The position numbers and the translations under genes were made by a program. A DNA stretch of 64,000 nt from contig CAZIJQ010000002.1 in assembly GCA_964539785.1 (NCBI GenBank), positions 21,926 to 85,925 of the forward strand. Reading direction: 5' to 3'. Each line of letters starts with the position of its first letter. The stretch's first letter is position 1. Shown here piece after piece: positions 30,401 to 39,158 of this stretch. Source of the stretch: an uncultured bacterium (GTDB lineage Bacteria; Fidelibacterota; Marinisomatia; Marinisomatales; TCS56). The notes under the pieces were generated by a model that saw only the letters and a list, made by a program, of their open reading frames with translations, was not told the origin of the DNA and made no database searches.

Positions 30401-30608
30401 CATTTATATCCGTGGCTGCTCCGAGATAAGTGTTTACCAGTTGAACATTCGCTCCAATAAGTGGATCACCAGTTCTTCCCTCAGTAATTCTACCGCTGAT
30501 TTTTCCTGTTACTGCACCAAATACATTCGTTGAGAATAATAATATGGATAAAACCCTGATGATTAGTTTCTTTGGTAATTGGGTGTGACTAAGCTTGGTC
30601 GTACTCAT
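27432..30608 (-). CDS. TonB-dependent outer-membrane receptor with N-terminal CarboxypepD_reg domain (module A)
   Basis: 1058 aa. It is colinear with the 1064-aa paralog: GKISGRITEGRTGDPLIGANVQL, IRGGDADETMLMVDG, IQTGGFSAEYHNVRSGIVNVVTKEG, and a C-terminal FSYNF. Confidence 0.8.
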   Translation of the reverse strand: MSTTKLSHTQLPKKLIIRVLSILLFSTNVFGAVTGKISGRITEGRTGDPLIGANVQLVNTYLGAATDINGQFFILNVTPGVYELVISMIGYTRTTVTDVRVEIDLTTNVDIAMDEEVLVGEGVTVVAEAKIIKMDVAASQLSVSSDEIAELPFTSLGSIVGLKAGISSDLAIRGGDADETMLMVDGMVLRDERDNSPITGIPLSAVKEVSIQTGGFSAEYHNVRSGIVNVVTKEGDPDKYAATITYKYSPPAAKHFGSSVFDPNSYWLLPYTVDSVAWFGTNNAGWDDYTVQKYSGFDGGWVGISQALLTDDDPTNDLTPQAVKQLFMWHHRKDGYIRDPDFNIDLGFGGPVPLVGKMLGNLRFYYSYTKNQNMYLMSLSTDGVYKENSMLKVTSDISNKTKLSMTSFWGDMQATNLSRSGGVSYISSVTGVAQQIDRTGFTIPWRIFTSDYYSRTDRHHWSAAVQLSHIINLKSFYEIQVKHLKKTYRTGPGPFRDTETLTEIFPGYFVDEAPFGYEQEFLSSVDGGLTMGGPISTSRDSTEVKTTSIRLGYTNQFNSHNQLNTGFEFVMHDMHMKFGSINKVLPEGNLWNDYTRSPFSLLVYIQDKIEFKGLISTLGLNVDYSDPNGKWFDFEPYDDEFISIPEDEIWDSEYLVDADPVITISPRLGISHPITETSRLYFNYGHFNQSPTTEALYRVQRNSVGSISYLGDPSLIPARTISYELGFDQAINDQFLVHLAGYYKDVSRQQDWTRYISMNGKVNFRQLTSNSYSDIRGFEIELNKSRGDWYRGMINYEYRVSSSGYFNLAEYNEHPGDQLTYELASRYQSKPKPRPRMKGYLDLFTPYKFGPSILDQYILGDWHLNFIGRWTSGGWFTYNPNKVSGIQYNLQWKDYINLDLKVSKVFNFNSFSVKFFLDIFNALDIKRFSTESFSDGHDYDYYMQSLHLPEKVGEKLGYGNIPGDDQPGDVRESGVDFVPIVSVITHYNAISPSELEIYYERSTQEYYEYSDGTWSIVPSGRMNDILDTKAYIDMPDQTFFTFLTPRDVFLGINFSYNF

Positions 30609-30763
30609 TCCGTATTATCCTCCAAACATATTGTTGAAATTTTTTTGCCGATTTTCCCATTCCGTGCAGAAAGGAAGTTATAACAAAAGATTTAAAAAAG
30701 AGAGTAATTAATTCAATTACTCCAGCCTGAGAATGAATCTCAAGTGTTCTGCTGTTAATTGAT

Positions 30764-31774
30764 TTAACTCGCATTATAAGCACGCACCGATTCGATCATA
30801 GCTTGAAAATTCTCAAGTTTCACATAATCGGGGATGCTATTTCCGGAGCCCACACAATAACCACCATTATAACCAACATTTTCAATATTAAATTTAACTT
30901 GCTTCCGAACATCTTCCACCGTTCCCAAGGCCAGTACATCACCAACATCAAGATTACCAATCAGGCATAATTTATCGCCATATTTCTGTTTTACTTCGAC
31001 TATATCCATTGCTTTAGGCTCAATTGGATGCAAGGCATCAACTCCACAACCCAATATATCTTCCATTACATCCCATAATATACCATCGCTATGATAAATA
31101 AGGGGCTTGTTATATTTCTCGGCCATCTCTCCTATTTTCTTCAGCCATGGGAAGAAATAACGACGCAGAACATCCGGGCTCATCATCAGTCCGGAATTAT
31201 AGGCAATATCGTCACTGTACCAGATGGCATCCACTACATCATTTTCGACAAAATACTCAAACATGCTGATCACAGGAGCAGCAATTTTGTCGATAATTGC
31301 CTGGATCAAATCCGGTTGATCAAAAGTTGCATAGGAAAACCCTTCAAACCCCATTAGCTCCCAGGCCATGGTAAATATATCACCATACTGACCAATCACT
31401 CCCATTCCTTCCGGCAATAAATCGCCAACCTGATCAAATACGGAATAATTGATCTGAGTTGCATCCGTAAACTCAAACTGTTCAAACTGGTCCCAGGTAG
31501 TGATTAGTCCCTGCCCTTCTGGTGCCCAGGTAATCGATTGGGTAATACTCTCATCGGAATTGTGACCGGGGATGTTGAAATCCGCCTGGGGTTGGAGTTT
31601 AATATAATCATATCCGGCTGAACGCCAGAAATGGATATCATCTTCAAGTGAAAGGATTGGTTTTCCCAAAAATTTCTCCTTGATAGTCGGATGAATCCCC
31701 AGCTCCACTAACGGAATGTGACTCCCTTTACCCCTTCGAAGAGTAAGTAGTAATTGCTCTATATCAGGACTCAC
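30764..31774 (-). CDS. Uroporphyrinogen-decarboxylase (URO-D) family protein, MtaA/CmuA-like methyltransferase candidate
   Basis: 336 aa. Overall pattern and the IYHSDG...DALHPIEP region are typical of URO-D-fold methylcobamide methyltransferases. The start codon appears to be GTG at 31774. Confidence 0.55.
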   Translation of the reverse strand: MSPDIEQLLLTLRRGKGSHIPLVELGIHPTIKEKFLGKPILSLEDDIHFWRSAGYDYIKLQPQADFNIPGHNSDESITQSITWAPEGQGLITTWDQFEQFEFTDATQINYSVFDQVGDLLPEGMGVIGQYGDIFTMAWELMGFEGFSYATFDQPDLIQAIIDKIAAPVISMFEYFVENDVVDAIWYSDDIAYNSGLMMSPDVLRRYFFPWLKKIGEMAEKYNKPLIYHSDGILWDVMEDILGCGVDALHPIEPKAMDIVEVKQKYGDKLCLIGNLDVGDVLALGTVEDVRKQVKFNIENVGYNGGYCVGSGNSIPDYVKLENFQAMIESVRAYNAS

Positions 31775-32085
31775 AACTCATCCTGGCCTGTGAGTTATTG
31801 GTTATTTACCAGTAAGGACATCAACATTAGTTCCGCAATCAGTTTCTGGCATCATAATCAATAGTCGAATCTGTCCAGTTTGCGTGAGAAGTTAGTATAA
31901 ACACCTGCAAAGAATGAATTGTTTTATTGAGAATATGATAAAATTACTAGTGGGCGTAACATCTTAATATTAATCAAGTAGTAGAATTATCAAAAACAAC
32001 CTGAAAACTCTATCCGGTATTTCCGAACAATTACAAATCGACAACAGTGCTGAAATGGCTCGTGATTACTTGGCAACCACCTGAA

Positions 32086-32949
32086 TCAGATATTCTTACT
32101 TAACGGCATAAATTTGCTGATTACAATTCCATCAAAACGCGGTTTGTTTTCTGGAAAATAATATTCCAGAAAATCTAGTTTGACAGTCTCTCCCGCCGAT
32201 TGCGAAGCGTGAATGAGATATTTATGATCTATGATCATTCCTTCATGGGCAAAGATTATCCCCATTTTATAATATTTCTCTTTTACAAAAGAAACTATGC
32301 ATACCTCGGGAATTTTTCTGAGTAGATCAGCATTTATCTGAGTATTGGGAATGTAGCCCAATTTAATAGGCCGGTTCCAGCCCAGGTTCAGGAATTCGCT
32401 CCCGTCTTCTTGGCGGTTAAGAGTAACCTCGGCAATTGCAATTTGGTCGGCTGGTAATAGCTTTTCAACTATGCTAATGGTATTGGGATTGGCAGTTACC
32501 CGGTCGGCGGTATAATGCCAGCGCGATTTATAGGTCGGCTTTTTTATACCCTGGGCATTTACTTTGTAGTGAATCTTAATCATATTATTCCTTGCAGCAG
32601 CCCAACTGTCACTCTGGGCAAAAGCAAGTGTCGTTAAAACATGTCCGGTGCAGTCCGAAACATCCAACCGAATAATCGGATCCAGGTCCGGTTCAATCTC
32701 TTCTCCCAGTTTGAATATTTCATAAGGGGTTCCAACCCGCCACAAAGCCAGTGCTTTTACGCGATCTTCAAATTTTGGAAAATGGTCCTGAAACTCTGGC
32801 AGCAAGATCGAAACTTCCGCTTCGGTTAGGGTCCATGGTTTTGGCAAAGTCTCCAGCCAATCCCAATGGTTTGTACAACTTATCAGCGCCATTAGAGTTA
32901 ATACAGAAATTAATCGAACCACGTTTTTAGGCATAAATACTCCAATCAT
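32086..32949 (-). CDS. Lipoprotein, DUF1460-like (amidase-like fold), function unknown
   Basis: 287 aa with lipobox ALISC. The segment GTPYEIFKLGEE...RLDVSDCTGHVLTTLAFA resembles the DUF1460 core as I remember it. This is a low-confidence family call. Confidence 0.4.
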   Translation of the reverse strand: MIGVFMPKNVVRLISVLTLMALISCTNHWDWLETLPKPWTLTEAEVSILLPEFQDHFPKFEDRVKALALWRVGTPYEIFKLGEEIEPDLDPIIRLDVSDCTGHVLTTLAFAQSDSWAAARNNMIKIHYKVNAQGIKKPTYKSRWHYTADRVTANPNTISIVEKLLPADQIAIAEVTLNRQEDGSEFLNLGWNRPIKLGYIPNTQINADLLRKIPEVCIVSFVKEKYYKMGIIFAHEGMIIDHKYLIHASQSAGETVKLDFLEYYFPENKPRFDGIVISKFMPLSKNI

Positions 32950-32961
32950 TAGAAATTCAAC

Positions 32962-33861
32962 TTACTCATTCTCTATTGTATCAACCACTTTTCTGATTGC
33001 ACGGATATGGTCTGGAGTTGTACCGCAACAACCACCAATAATTGAAACACCGGCAGAAATTAATTGTTGTACGCGATCAGCAAAAAAATCTGCTGACTCT
33101 TTATAAACCAGCCGACCATTTTGATTTTCCGGTTGACCTGCATTAGATTGAATTATGATCGGGGTATCGGTTACCTTATGAAATTCCCGGGCAATTTCGA
33201 TCATTTTATCAAGCCCGTTACCACAATTGGAACCGATGACATCAGCGCCGGCTTTTACCAGTGCTTCGACAGCATCAGCAATACTCACACCCATGATTGT
33301 AAAAAATCCCCGTGGCGTCGGATCAAAAGTCATGGTAGCGATAACCGGAATGCTCGGTGCTATTTTTCTCGCTGCCTGCACTGCAATTATCGCTTCATTA
33401 ATGTCGATCATAGTCTCAACACAGATCAGATCAACACCTGCACTAACCAAGGCGGAAATCTGACGCTCAAATCCGTCTTGCAATTCCGCTGGTGTACCAG
33501 CACCATAGGGCTCAAGCAATTTACCTGAAGGTCCGCAGGAACCGGATACCAGAACACCTTCCTTAACAGATTCTCTTACATAAGTCACTGCCAGGCTGTT
33601 TATTTCTTCGGTCTTTGCACCCAAATCATATTCAGATAGCTTAACCGCTGAACCTCCGAATGTATTGGTCTGCACAATGTCAGCTCCGGCCTCGGAATAG
33701 GACCGAGCTATTTCACGTAATAGATCTCCATGGGTCAGATTCAGGGTTTCCGGACAATCACCGGGATTCAAACCCTTTTCGAATAACGCCGTGCCCATGG
33801 CCCCATCTGAGACCAGAATCTGGCCTGCTTTGATACGCTTAATCAATGACTGCATAATCAC
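32962..33861 (-). CDS. Homocysteine S-methyltransferase domain protein (MetH N-terminal module / BHMT-like)
   Basis: 299 aa. N-terminal ILVSDGAMGT, with Zn-ligand Cys pattern GSNCGNG and GGCCGTTPDHI, characteristic of Pfam S-methyl_trans. Confidence 0.8.
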   Translation of the reverse strand: MIMQSLIKRIKAGQILVSDGAMGTALFEKGLNPGDCPETLNLTHGDLLREIARSYSEAGADIVQTNTFGGSAVKLSEYDLGAKTEEINSLAVTYVRESVKEGVLVSGSCGPSGKLLEPYGAGTPAELQDGFERQISALVSAGVDLICVETMIDINEAIIAVQAARKIAPSIPVIATMTFDPTPRGFFTIMGVSIADAVEALVKAGADVIGSNCGNGLDKMIEIAREFHKVTDTPIIIQSNAGQPENQNGRLVYKESADFFADRVQQLISAGVSIIGGCCGTTPDHIRAIRKVVDTIENE

Positions 33862-33870
33862 TTAATAAAT

Positions 33871-34497
33871 TTATAATTGTTTAACCCGTTCCACAGCGCT
33901 GGCAGCATCAAAGGCATAGGCATCGGCTCCAATTTCAGCGGCAAACTCTTCTGATGCCGGAGCTCCACCCACGATTACTTTAATCTGATCTTTCAATTTT
34001 TTTTGCTTGAGTAATTCTACCACATTATTCATCACTGGCATAGTCGTAGTCAGCAATGCCGACATACCAATAATTCCGGCTTTTTCGTTAATTGCTGTTT
34101 CCACAAATTTTTCCGGGCTGACATCCTTACCCAAGTCGATCACTTCAAATCCGGCTCCTTTAAGCATGATTCCCACCAGATTTTTTCCTATATCGTGCAA
34201 GTCCCCCTTGACGGTACCAATGACGACCTTACCCAATCCGGACTGCTCTGCCAGGGTCAGCAACGGTTTTAATAATTCCATTCCGGCCTGCATGGCGCGG
34301 GCTGCCAGAAGAACATCAGGAAGAAAAATTTCATGTGCTCTGAATTTTTCGCCAATAACATCCATTCCGGCAATTAAGGCCTGGTTTAATATTTGAGTTG
34401 CCGGTACCCCATTTTTCAAAGCTTGCTCAGTCAGGTCATGTACAGATTTGTCTTCCCCTTTTTCGAGTAAATCCGCAATCTGATTCAAGATTTCCAT
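33871..34497 (-). CDS. Corrinoid (cobalamin-binding) protein
   Basis: 208 aa with an N-terminal helical cap and a Rossmann B12-binding domain. It carries the DxHxxG motif (GDLHDIGKN) and a GMSALLTTT segment. Confidence 0.85.
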   Translation of the reverse strand: MEILNQIADLLEKGEDKSVHDLTEQALKNGVPATQILNQALIAGMDVIGEKFRAHEIFLPDVLLAARAMQAGMELLKPLLTLAEQSGLGKVVIGTVKGDLHDIGKNLVGIMLKGAGFEVIDLGKDVSPEKFVETAINEKAGIIGMSALLTTTMPVMNNVVELLKQKKLKDQIKVIVGGAPASEEFAAEIGADAYAFDAASAVERVKQL

Positions 34498-34508
34498 TGT
34501 TCAATCCT

Positions 34509-35213
34509 TTAGTCATTAAGTGATTTCAGTCGACTATAGCATGAGTATGTACGACAAACGCGACAGAAAGAAAAATTCGGTTTAAAAATGTGTATATCCG
34601 CCTCGCCAGCAATTAAAACACCGGTAACGGATTTTATTGGTTCCATTAAAAAGCTATCATTCAATATTATTCCGATTGTTTCCGGTTTCAGGTAACGAAA
34701 TAATTTTTTCTGACCGCTAATATGCCAGCCACAATAACCGGGACTATAACTCAATACTTTAATAGAATCATCCTGATTAGCGAAGGAAGCTTCATGATAT
34801 TGTTTTTCCATCATTCCGGCGGCATTATCCGCCGCCAGCGAAGCAACTGTATCCAAAGTATATCCCAGGGCAATGTCATTGGAACCCACCAGTTCTGCAA
34901 TCAGATTACTGACTTCGGCCCCCATTGTTATAGCAAACAAGGCCAGACGATCAGCATCAGGATAGATTCCACTTAAAGGAGCACTATTATCATTTTCTCC
35001 TTCACCAATAAAAATATCAGCAAATTCAGCATTTGTCAGTTCCTGTCGGATACCAATTGGTTGAGCCACTGCCGTGAAATTTTTCCGAGCTGTTTCGATC
35101 AAATTCATAACTTTGGATGAAATAGAATGGTCTTCCTTGACTCCCTGTTGTTTTAGAACTTCCTTAACTTCGGGCAATATTTCTGAAACTGCTATTGGAA
35201 TGGGAACTATCAT
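34509..35213 (-). CDS. Methionine-synthase activation-domain-like protein (Met_synt_B12-like)
   Basis: 234 aa. The SYSPGYCGWHISGQKKLF motif matches the RPAPGYPACPDH core of the MetH reactivation domain. The start overlaps the upstream stop by 1 nt (35213). Confidence 0.55.
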   Translation of the reverse strand: MIVPIPIAVSEILPEVKEVLKQQGVKEDHSISSKVMNLIETARKNFTAVAQPIGIRQELTNAEFADIFIGEGENDNSAPLSGIYPDADRLALFAITMGAEVSNLIAELVGSNDIALGYTLDTVASLAADNAAGMMEKQYHEASFANQDDSIKVLSYSPGYCGWHISGQKKLFRYLKPETIGIILNDSFLMEPIKSVTGVLIAGEADIHIFKPNFSFCRVCRTYSCYSRLKSLND

Positions 35214-36670
35214 TACACTAAGGCTGGAAATTTGTGCTGACCATATTTTCCAGCTTCATTTTTCATTCGTTCCCGTAAATCATTTTTAACTGATTCAGGT
35301 AGTGTGGATGGGGTATAATTTAATAGCATTCGATCCACTTCACCGGCAGCTCTACTCCCTAAATTTGTGCTGCCTTCTTCAATCCAGCGTGGTCGATTCG
35401 CCCGATCTATCACAGCGCCCGGGAAATAATGTTCCCTACGCAAATGCTTCCGGGTGTGATTTGATATCAGCAGGTGCTCATCACGCAATAACTCCTCTAA
35501 GATGAGAACAGCAGGAAAGTCGTCCCGCGGTGTAATACCGGCTACCATTCGCAGACACATCCCGGCAATTTCATTATCCAAAACTAATTTTTCCAGGCTT
35601 TGGCAACTTTCAAAATCCAGCATTCCCGGTCCGGAAATATTATTGATGCCAGATAAGGCCGCCAGGGTAGCTCCAATTCCTGTCTCCAGACCAGCCTGAG
35701 CATCCAGAATCTTAGCATCGCTGAGGGCAATGTAGGCCTGGGTCGGCAAACCAAGGCGTGTACCGATTTCGTTATTGGCACAGTCAATCATCATTGTCTC
35801 GATTGCTCCCATAGGAGTTGTCTCATAACGCACATCGAAAACAGCCGGTGAACCACCCCATAAAACCGGAGTTCCGGGGTTTGCTAATTGACTGATTACC
35901 AGACCGCTGAGTGTTTCAGCAGCATGTTGAATGATTGACCCGGTTAATGTAACCGGAGCGACAAATCCCGATAATGGCATGGAAATAAATTCCACTGGAA
36001 TTGAGTAACGGGCACAATCCACCAGGTTTTGCGAGGTAACATCACTCCACTTCAATGGTGATGTAGGGCAGCAGGAAAAGATAGTAAGCGGTTTTTCTTT
36101 TAAGGCTCGCTCAGAACCGCGGACTGCCAGTTGTAAATCCTTCATCACTTCAAATGCTTCGATGGTAAAGGCGCCTGTTACCACCGGCTTTTCTCCATAC
36201 AACAAGCTCAAATAAAGCCGATAACTATCCGATATTTTTTCATGCACATCAGCCGGTATGAAAGCCGTACTCTGGGATGCGATATTATCAAGCTGGCTAA
36301 TAATTTTCACATATTTGATATAATCATTAGTGTTGGGTTTTCGAATTTTCTGTGTCTTATGATCAAATATATTCAAGGCTGCTGATCCGGGAGTAAAATG
36401 AACTTTATCTCCGGAAAAATCATGGGTTTGTTGACCCAGCACATCATAAAGTGAAAACGATGATACTGCTGAATCCAGGGCAGTGTTTATTAACTGTTCA
36501 GGTATATAAGCCCTGGATTTTTCCATGTCGATCCGGGCACCATGATCTGCCAGCATCGCAAGAATTTCCGAATTGTTTATCTCTACGCCCAAAGAATCTA
36601 GAATGAGATAACTTTCAGCAATTATTTTTGATACAAGTTCGGGCGCTAAAAAATTCACTTTTGGCCGCAT
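35213..36670 (-). CDS. MttB-family (trimethylamine methyltransferase superfamily) methyltransferase, non-pyrrolysine type
   Basis: 485-aa uninterrupted ORF with MttB-superfamily colinearity (N-terminal FLAPELVSKIIAESYLILDSLGVEI; SCCPTSPLKW; GGSPAVFDVRYETTPMG). There is no in-frame TAG. Confidence 0.8.
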   Translation of the reverse strand: MRPKVNFLAPELVSKIIAESYLILDSLGVEINNSEILAMLADHGARIDMEKSRAYIPEQLINTALDSAVSSFSLYDVLGQQTHDFSGDKVHFTPGSAALNIFDHKTQKIRKPNTNDYIKYVKIISQLDNIASQSTAFIPADVHEKISDSYRLYLSLLYGEKPVVTGAFTIEAFEVMKDLQLAVRGSERALKEKPLTIFSCCPTSPLKWSDVTSQNLVDCARYSIPVEFISMPLSGFVAPVTLTGSIIQHAAETLSGLVISQLANPGTPVLWGGSPAVFDVRYETTPMGAIETMMIDCANNEIGTRLGLPTQAYIALSDAKILDAQAGLETGIGATLAALSGINNISGPGMLDFESCQSLEKLVLDNEIAGMCLRMVAGITPRDDFPAVLILEELLRDEHLLISNHTRKHLRREHYFPGAVIDRANRPRWIEEGSTNLGSRAAGEVDRMLLNYTPSTLPESVKNDLRERMKNEAGKYGQHKFPALV

Positions 36671-36979
36671 TATTTTCTCCTTAATCCGAAAATGACTAAC
36701 TCAATATTCAGGCACTGTGTTTAAACGTCTAAATCCTCCAAAAGGGAGTGGAATATAAGAAATCCAATTCAAATGTTATATTAAGTATTTGACTATAAAA
36801 ATGGGCGGTACCGCCAAATATCAATTTCGTCCTGTTAATCAATATTCAATTATATCGATTAAAAATTCAGGCCAATTAAAATATATTAATGATTCCAATT
36901 AGTGCCATGGCGTGAGAATTACTATAAATCATCGATATCTGGCCTAGTTAATATTTTTATTGGATTATACTTCGTCAGA

Positions 36980-37459
36980 TTATTTTTTATACTTTATCAA
37001 TATACTATGCCAGCGCTCGAGATCTCTGGTTGATGAATTAACCGCATCAATAAGTTTCCGTACATGAAATGGTTTTAAAAAATAATTATCAAATCCAACA
37101 GCTCGGGCTTTCCGCAAATCAAACAATTCACCGTAACCGGTTATAGCATAAATATAGGCCACCGGGTTACTGTCTTTAATAATTTTACATAATTCTATTC
37201 CAGACATACCTGGCAATTTCAAATCCAGAAAAAACATATAAATTTTTTGGTGCTTTAATATATTAAGGGCTTCATCGGCGGTTCCTGCCACATGCACTTT
37301 ATAGCCTTCATTAACAAAAGCTGTTCTTAAGATTTCCTGTATTGCCAAATCGTCATCTACAACCAGGATGGATTTTAATGAGTCTTGAAAAATCATATTT
37401 AAATTTATTGAATTATTAATTAACCAAAGCGAATTTAGGTTATGTAGGTCAAAATTCAA
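36980..37459 (-). CDS. Stand-alone response-regulator receiver domain protein
   Basis: ILVVDDDLAIQEIL...FLDLKLPGMSG...AITGYG...KPF is the CheY-like receiver pattern. The true start may be the internal Met at about 37396. Confidence 0.7.
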   Translation of the reverse strand: MNFDLHNLNSLWLINNSINLNMIFQDSLKSILVVDDDLAIQEILRTAFVNEGYKVHVAGTADEALNILKHQKIYMFFLDLKLPGMSGIELCKIIKDSNPVAYIYAITGYGELFDLRKARAVGFDNYFLKPFHVRKLIDAVNSSTRDLERWHSILIKYKK

Positions 37460-37545
37460 TTATTATTTCTAGAATTAATACCGAATAATTGTAATCTACT
37501 AATCAAACGACATCATCCACAGATACAGCCAATAGGATATTAGGT

Positions 37546-37580
37546 AACCTTCCAGGACTTAAAAAAAGACCTGGAAGGTT
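37546..37580 (-). terminator. Stem-loop downstream of the PrpD-family gene (possible operon terminator)
   Basis: AACCTTCCAGG / CCTGGAAGGTT, an 11-bp perfect stem with an A/T-rich 13-nt loop, 15 nt after the stop at 37595. There is no strong minus-strand U-tract, so the call is tentative. Confidence 0.4.
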
Positions 37581-37594
37581 TTCATCGAATTAAA

Positions 37595-39034
37595 TCAAAT
37601 CGTAACTACCATCTGACCCATGAAGTCGCGGGCGCTCATGGTTTCGCAATTGAAGATTGTATCTTTCAACTGACTCAGCTCTTCTTCATTGAAAAGACCA
37701 GCCGCCAGAGAATTGAACTTATTCTCCAAATCTGCCATGGTCATGGGTTCACGGGGATCGCCCTTGGGATATTCCAGGTATTCGGAATAATCCTTACCAT
37801 CATTAGTGGTAACAACAACCCTGGAAGGTTGCTTGGCCGGGAACATCTTTTCAAATTCCTGCGAGGGCTCACCCACAATTTTATCAATCACTTCAAAAAT
37901 TCTGGGATCATTCAATTTTTCATCTGAAAATGAGTCAGTCGTAATTTTCTTATCCACCATGGCCGCTGCCAGGCAATAGGGCAGCGAATGATCAGCCGTT
38001 TCCCTTGATTCAGGACGGTACTTGGTCGGATCGAATAAAATATCGTAAGCCTGGGCAAAACAAGTTACCTTAACTTCCTTAATATCCGTGTATTCCAGGT
38101 TATTATTGATCATGGCTTTGAGCAAACAGGATATATGCGTATGGGTTAGCGCTTCCGTTGGAAAAGCTTTCATGCCACATTCCAGAATTTTGAAATCCTT
38201 GCCCAGGTTACCAACCAATGCATCCACATCCCAACTCCAGGATGAGATACCATCACGGCCTTCCATATCGGTTGGTTTGATCAATTCTTCTTTGGCATCC
38301 CAACCGATGAAGGCATCCATGAAACCTTCTTTCCCTTCGAAGACTTTCTCAGTACCGGAATAGCCTTTCTGGGCCATTAGTGCGGCGAATACGCCCGACT
38401 GAACTGCCATGGGATCGACGGTGTTTTTCATCATCGTGAGTTTACCAGCAGTGGGACAGCCAATTGTATGGTTATGGCAACCGGAAATACCGATGGCATT
38501 CACCATCTCATCAACGGTCAGACCAAGAATTTTACCGGCCACGATCGGTGACACGAACTGGGTCAGGGTGCCGTGATGCCATTTCCGTTCGCGCACACCG
38601 GGTTTGGCAAATAGACACATACGCTGTTCGAATTCATAAGCCAGTACAATCGCCACGATCACATCCTTCATGGAGGCGTTAACTTTTTCCGCCATCGTTA
38701 GCGCTGCTGGGATAATATCACTGGGATGACTCGGGTCATCTTTCCAATAGATGTCGTTGAAATCCAGAGCTCGGATCATCAAGGAATTCACCAGAGTGGC
38801 ATTGACGGCTGGAATTTCATCGCCAAAACCGATGACAGTAGCCTCTTCCCTGCCACCCATTTCCTCATAAATTTCATGGATGGTGTTCACATCCAAGGTA
38901 TGCATACTACCGAAAGCGCAACCAAATGAATCATACAGGTAACGTTTGACCTCCGTAATTACTTCCGGAGGTAGATCTTCGTATTTTAAGTCAACGGCAA
39001 ATTCAGCTATCTGCCGGGATATGGATTTACTCAT
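37595..39034 (-). CDS. MmgE/PrpD family protein (2-methylcitrate dehydratase family)
   Basis: 479 aa. The N-terminal IAEFAVDLKYEDLPPEVITEVKRYLYDSFGCAFG is the typical PrpD-family opening, and the rest is colinear with the family. Confidence 0.8.
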   Translation of the reverse strand: MSKSISRQIAEFAVDLKYEDLPPEVITEVKRYLYDSFGCAFGSMHTLDVNTIHEIYEEMGGREEATVIGFGDEIPAVNATLVNSLMIRALDFNDIYWKDDPSHPSDIIPAALTMAEKVNASMKDVIVAIVLAYEFEQRMCLFAKPGVRERKWHHGTLTQFVSPIVAGKILGLTVDEMVNAIGISGCHNHTIGCPTAGKLTMMKNTVDPMAVQSGVFAALMAQKGYSGTEKVFEGKEGFMDAFIGWDAKEELIKPTDMEGRDGISSWSWDVDALVGNLGKDFKILECGMKAFPTEALTHTHISCLLKAMINNNLEYTDIKEVKVTCFAQAYDILFDPTKYRPESRETADHSLPYCLAAAMVDKKITTDSFSDEKLNDPRIFEVIDKIVGEPSQEFEKMFPAKQPSRVVVTTNDGKDYSEYLEYPKGDPREPMTMADLENKFNSLAAGLFNEEELSQLKDTIFNCETMSARDFMGQMVVTI

Positions 39035-39051
39035 AACAATTCCTATTAGTT

Positions 39052-39150
39052 AACCACAGATTACACAGATTTTCACTGATTTTATTGCTTAATCTTTGAA
39101 TTAGAACATTCTTTAAATAATGTTCTGTGTAATCAGTGCAATCTGTGGTT
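39052..39150. repeat. Iteron-armed inverted-repeat element E1 (99 bp, non-coding)
   Basis: Left arm AAC-CACAGATTA-CACAGATTTT-CACTGATT (39052-39081). Right arm CTGTG-TAATCAGTG-CAATCTGTG-GTT (39125-39150). An inner stem AGAACATT/AATGTTCT is also present. Confidence 0.9.
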
Positions 39151-39158
39151 TCAATTTC

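Noticed and set aside
30589-30783. 64-aa ORF between the URO-D-like gene and the first TonB-dependent receptor.
   Set aside because: It overlaps both neighbouring genes' ends and has no recognisable motif. The region is more likely the promoter and leader of the receptor operon.
35213-36670. In-frame amber (pyrrolysine) codon in the MttB-family gene.
   Set aside because: The ORF is uninterrupted over 485 codons, so this is a non-Pyl member.
36671-36979. Possible cobalamin riboswitch or other leader upstream of the MttB-family operon (309-bp gap).
   Set aside because: I found no B12-box-like conserved core on the minus strand. The only structures are a 12-nt palindrome GGCGGTACCGCC (36803-36814) and small stems. 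A covariance-model scan would be needed to exclude a riboswitch.
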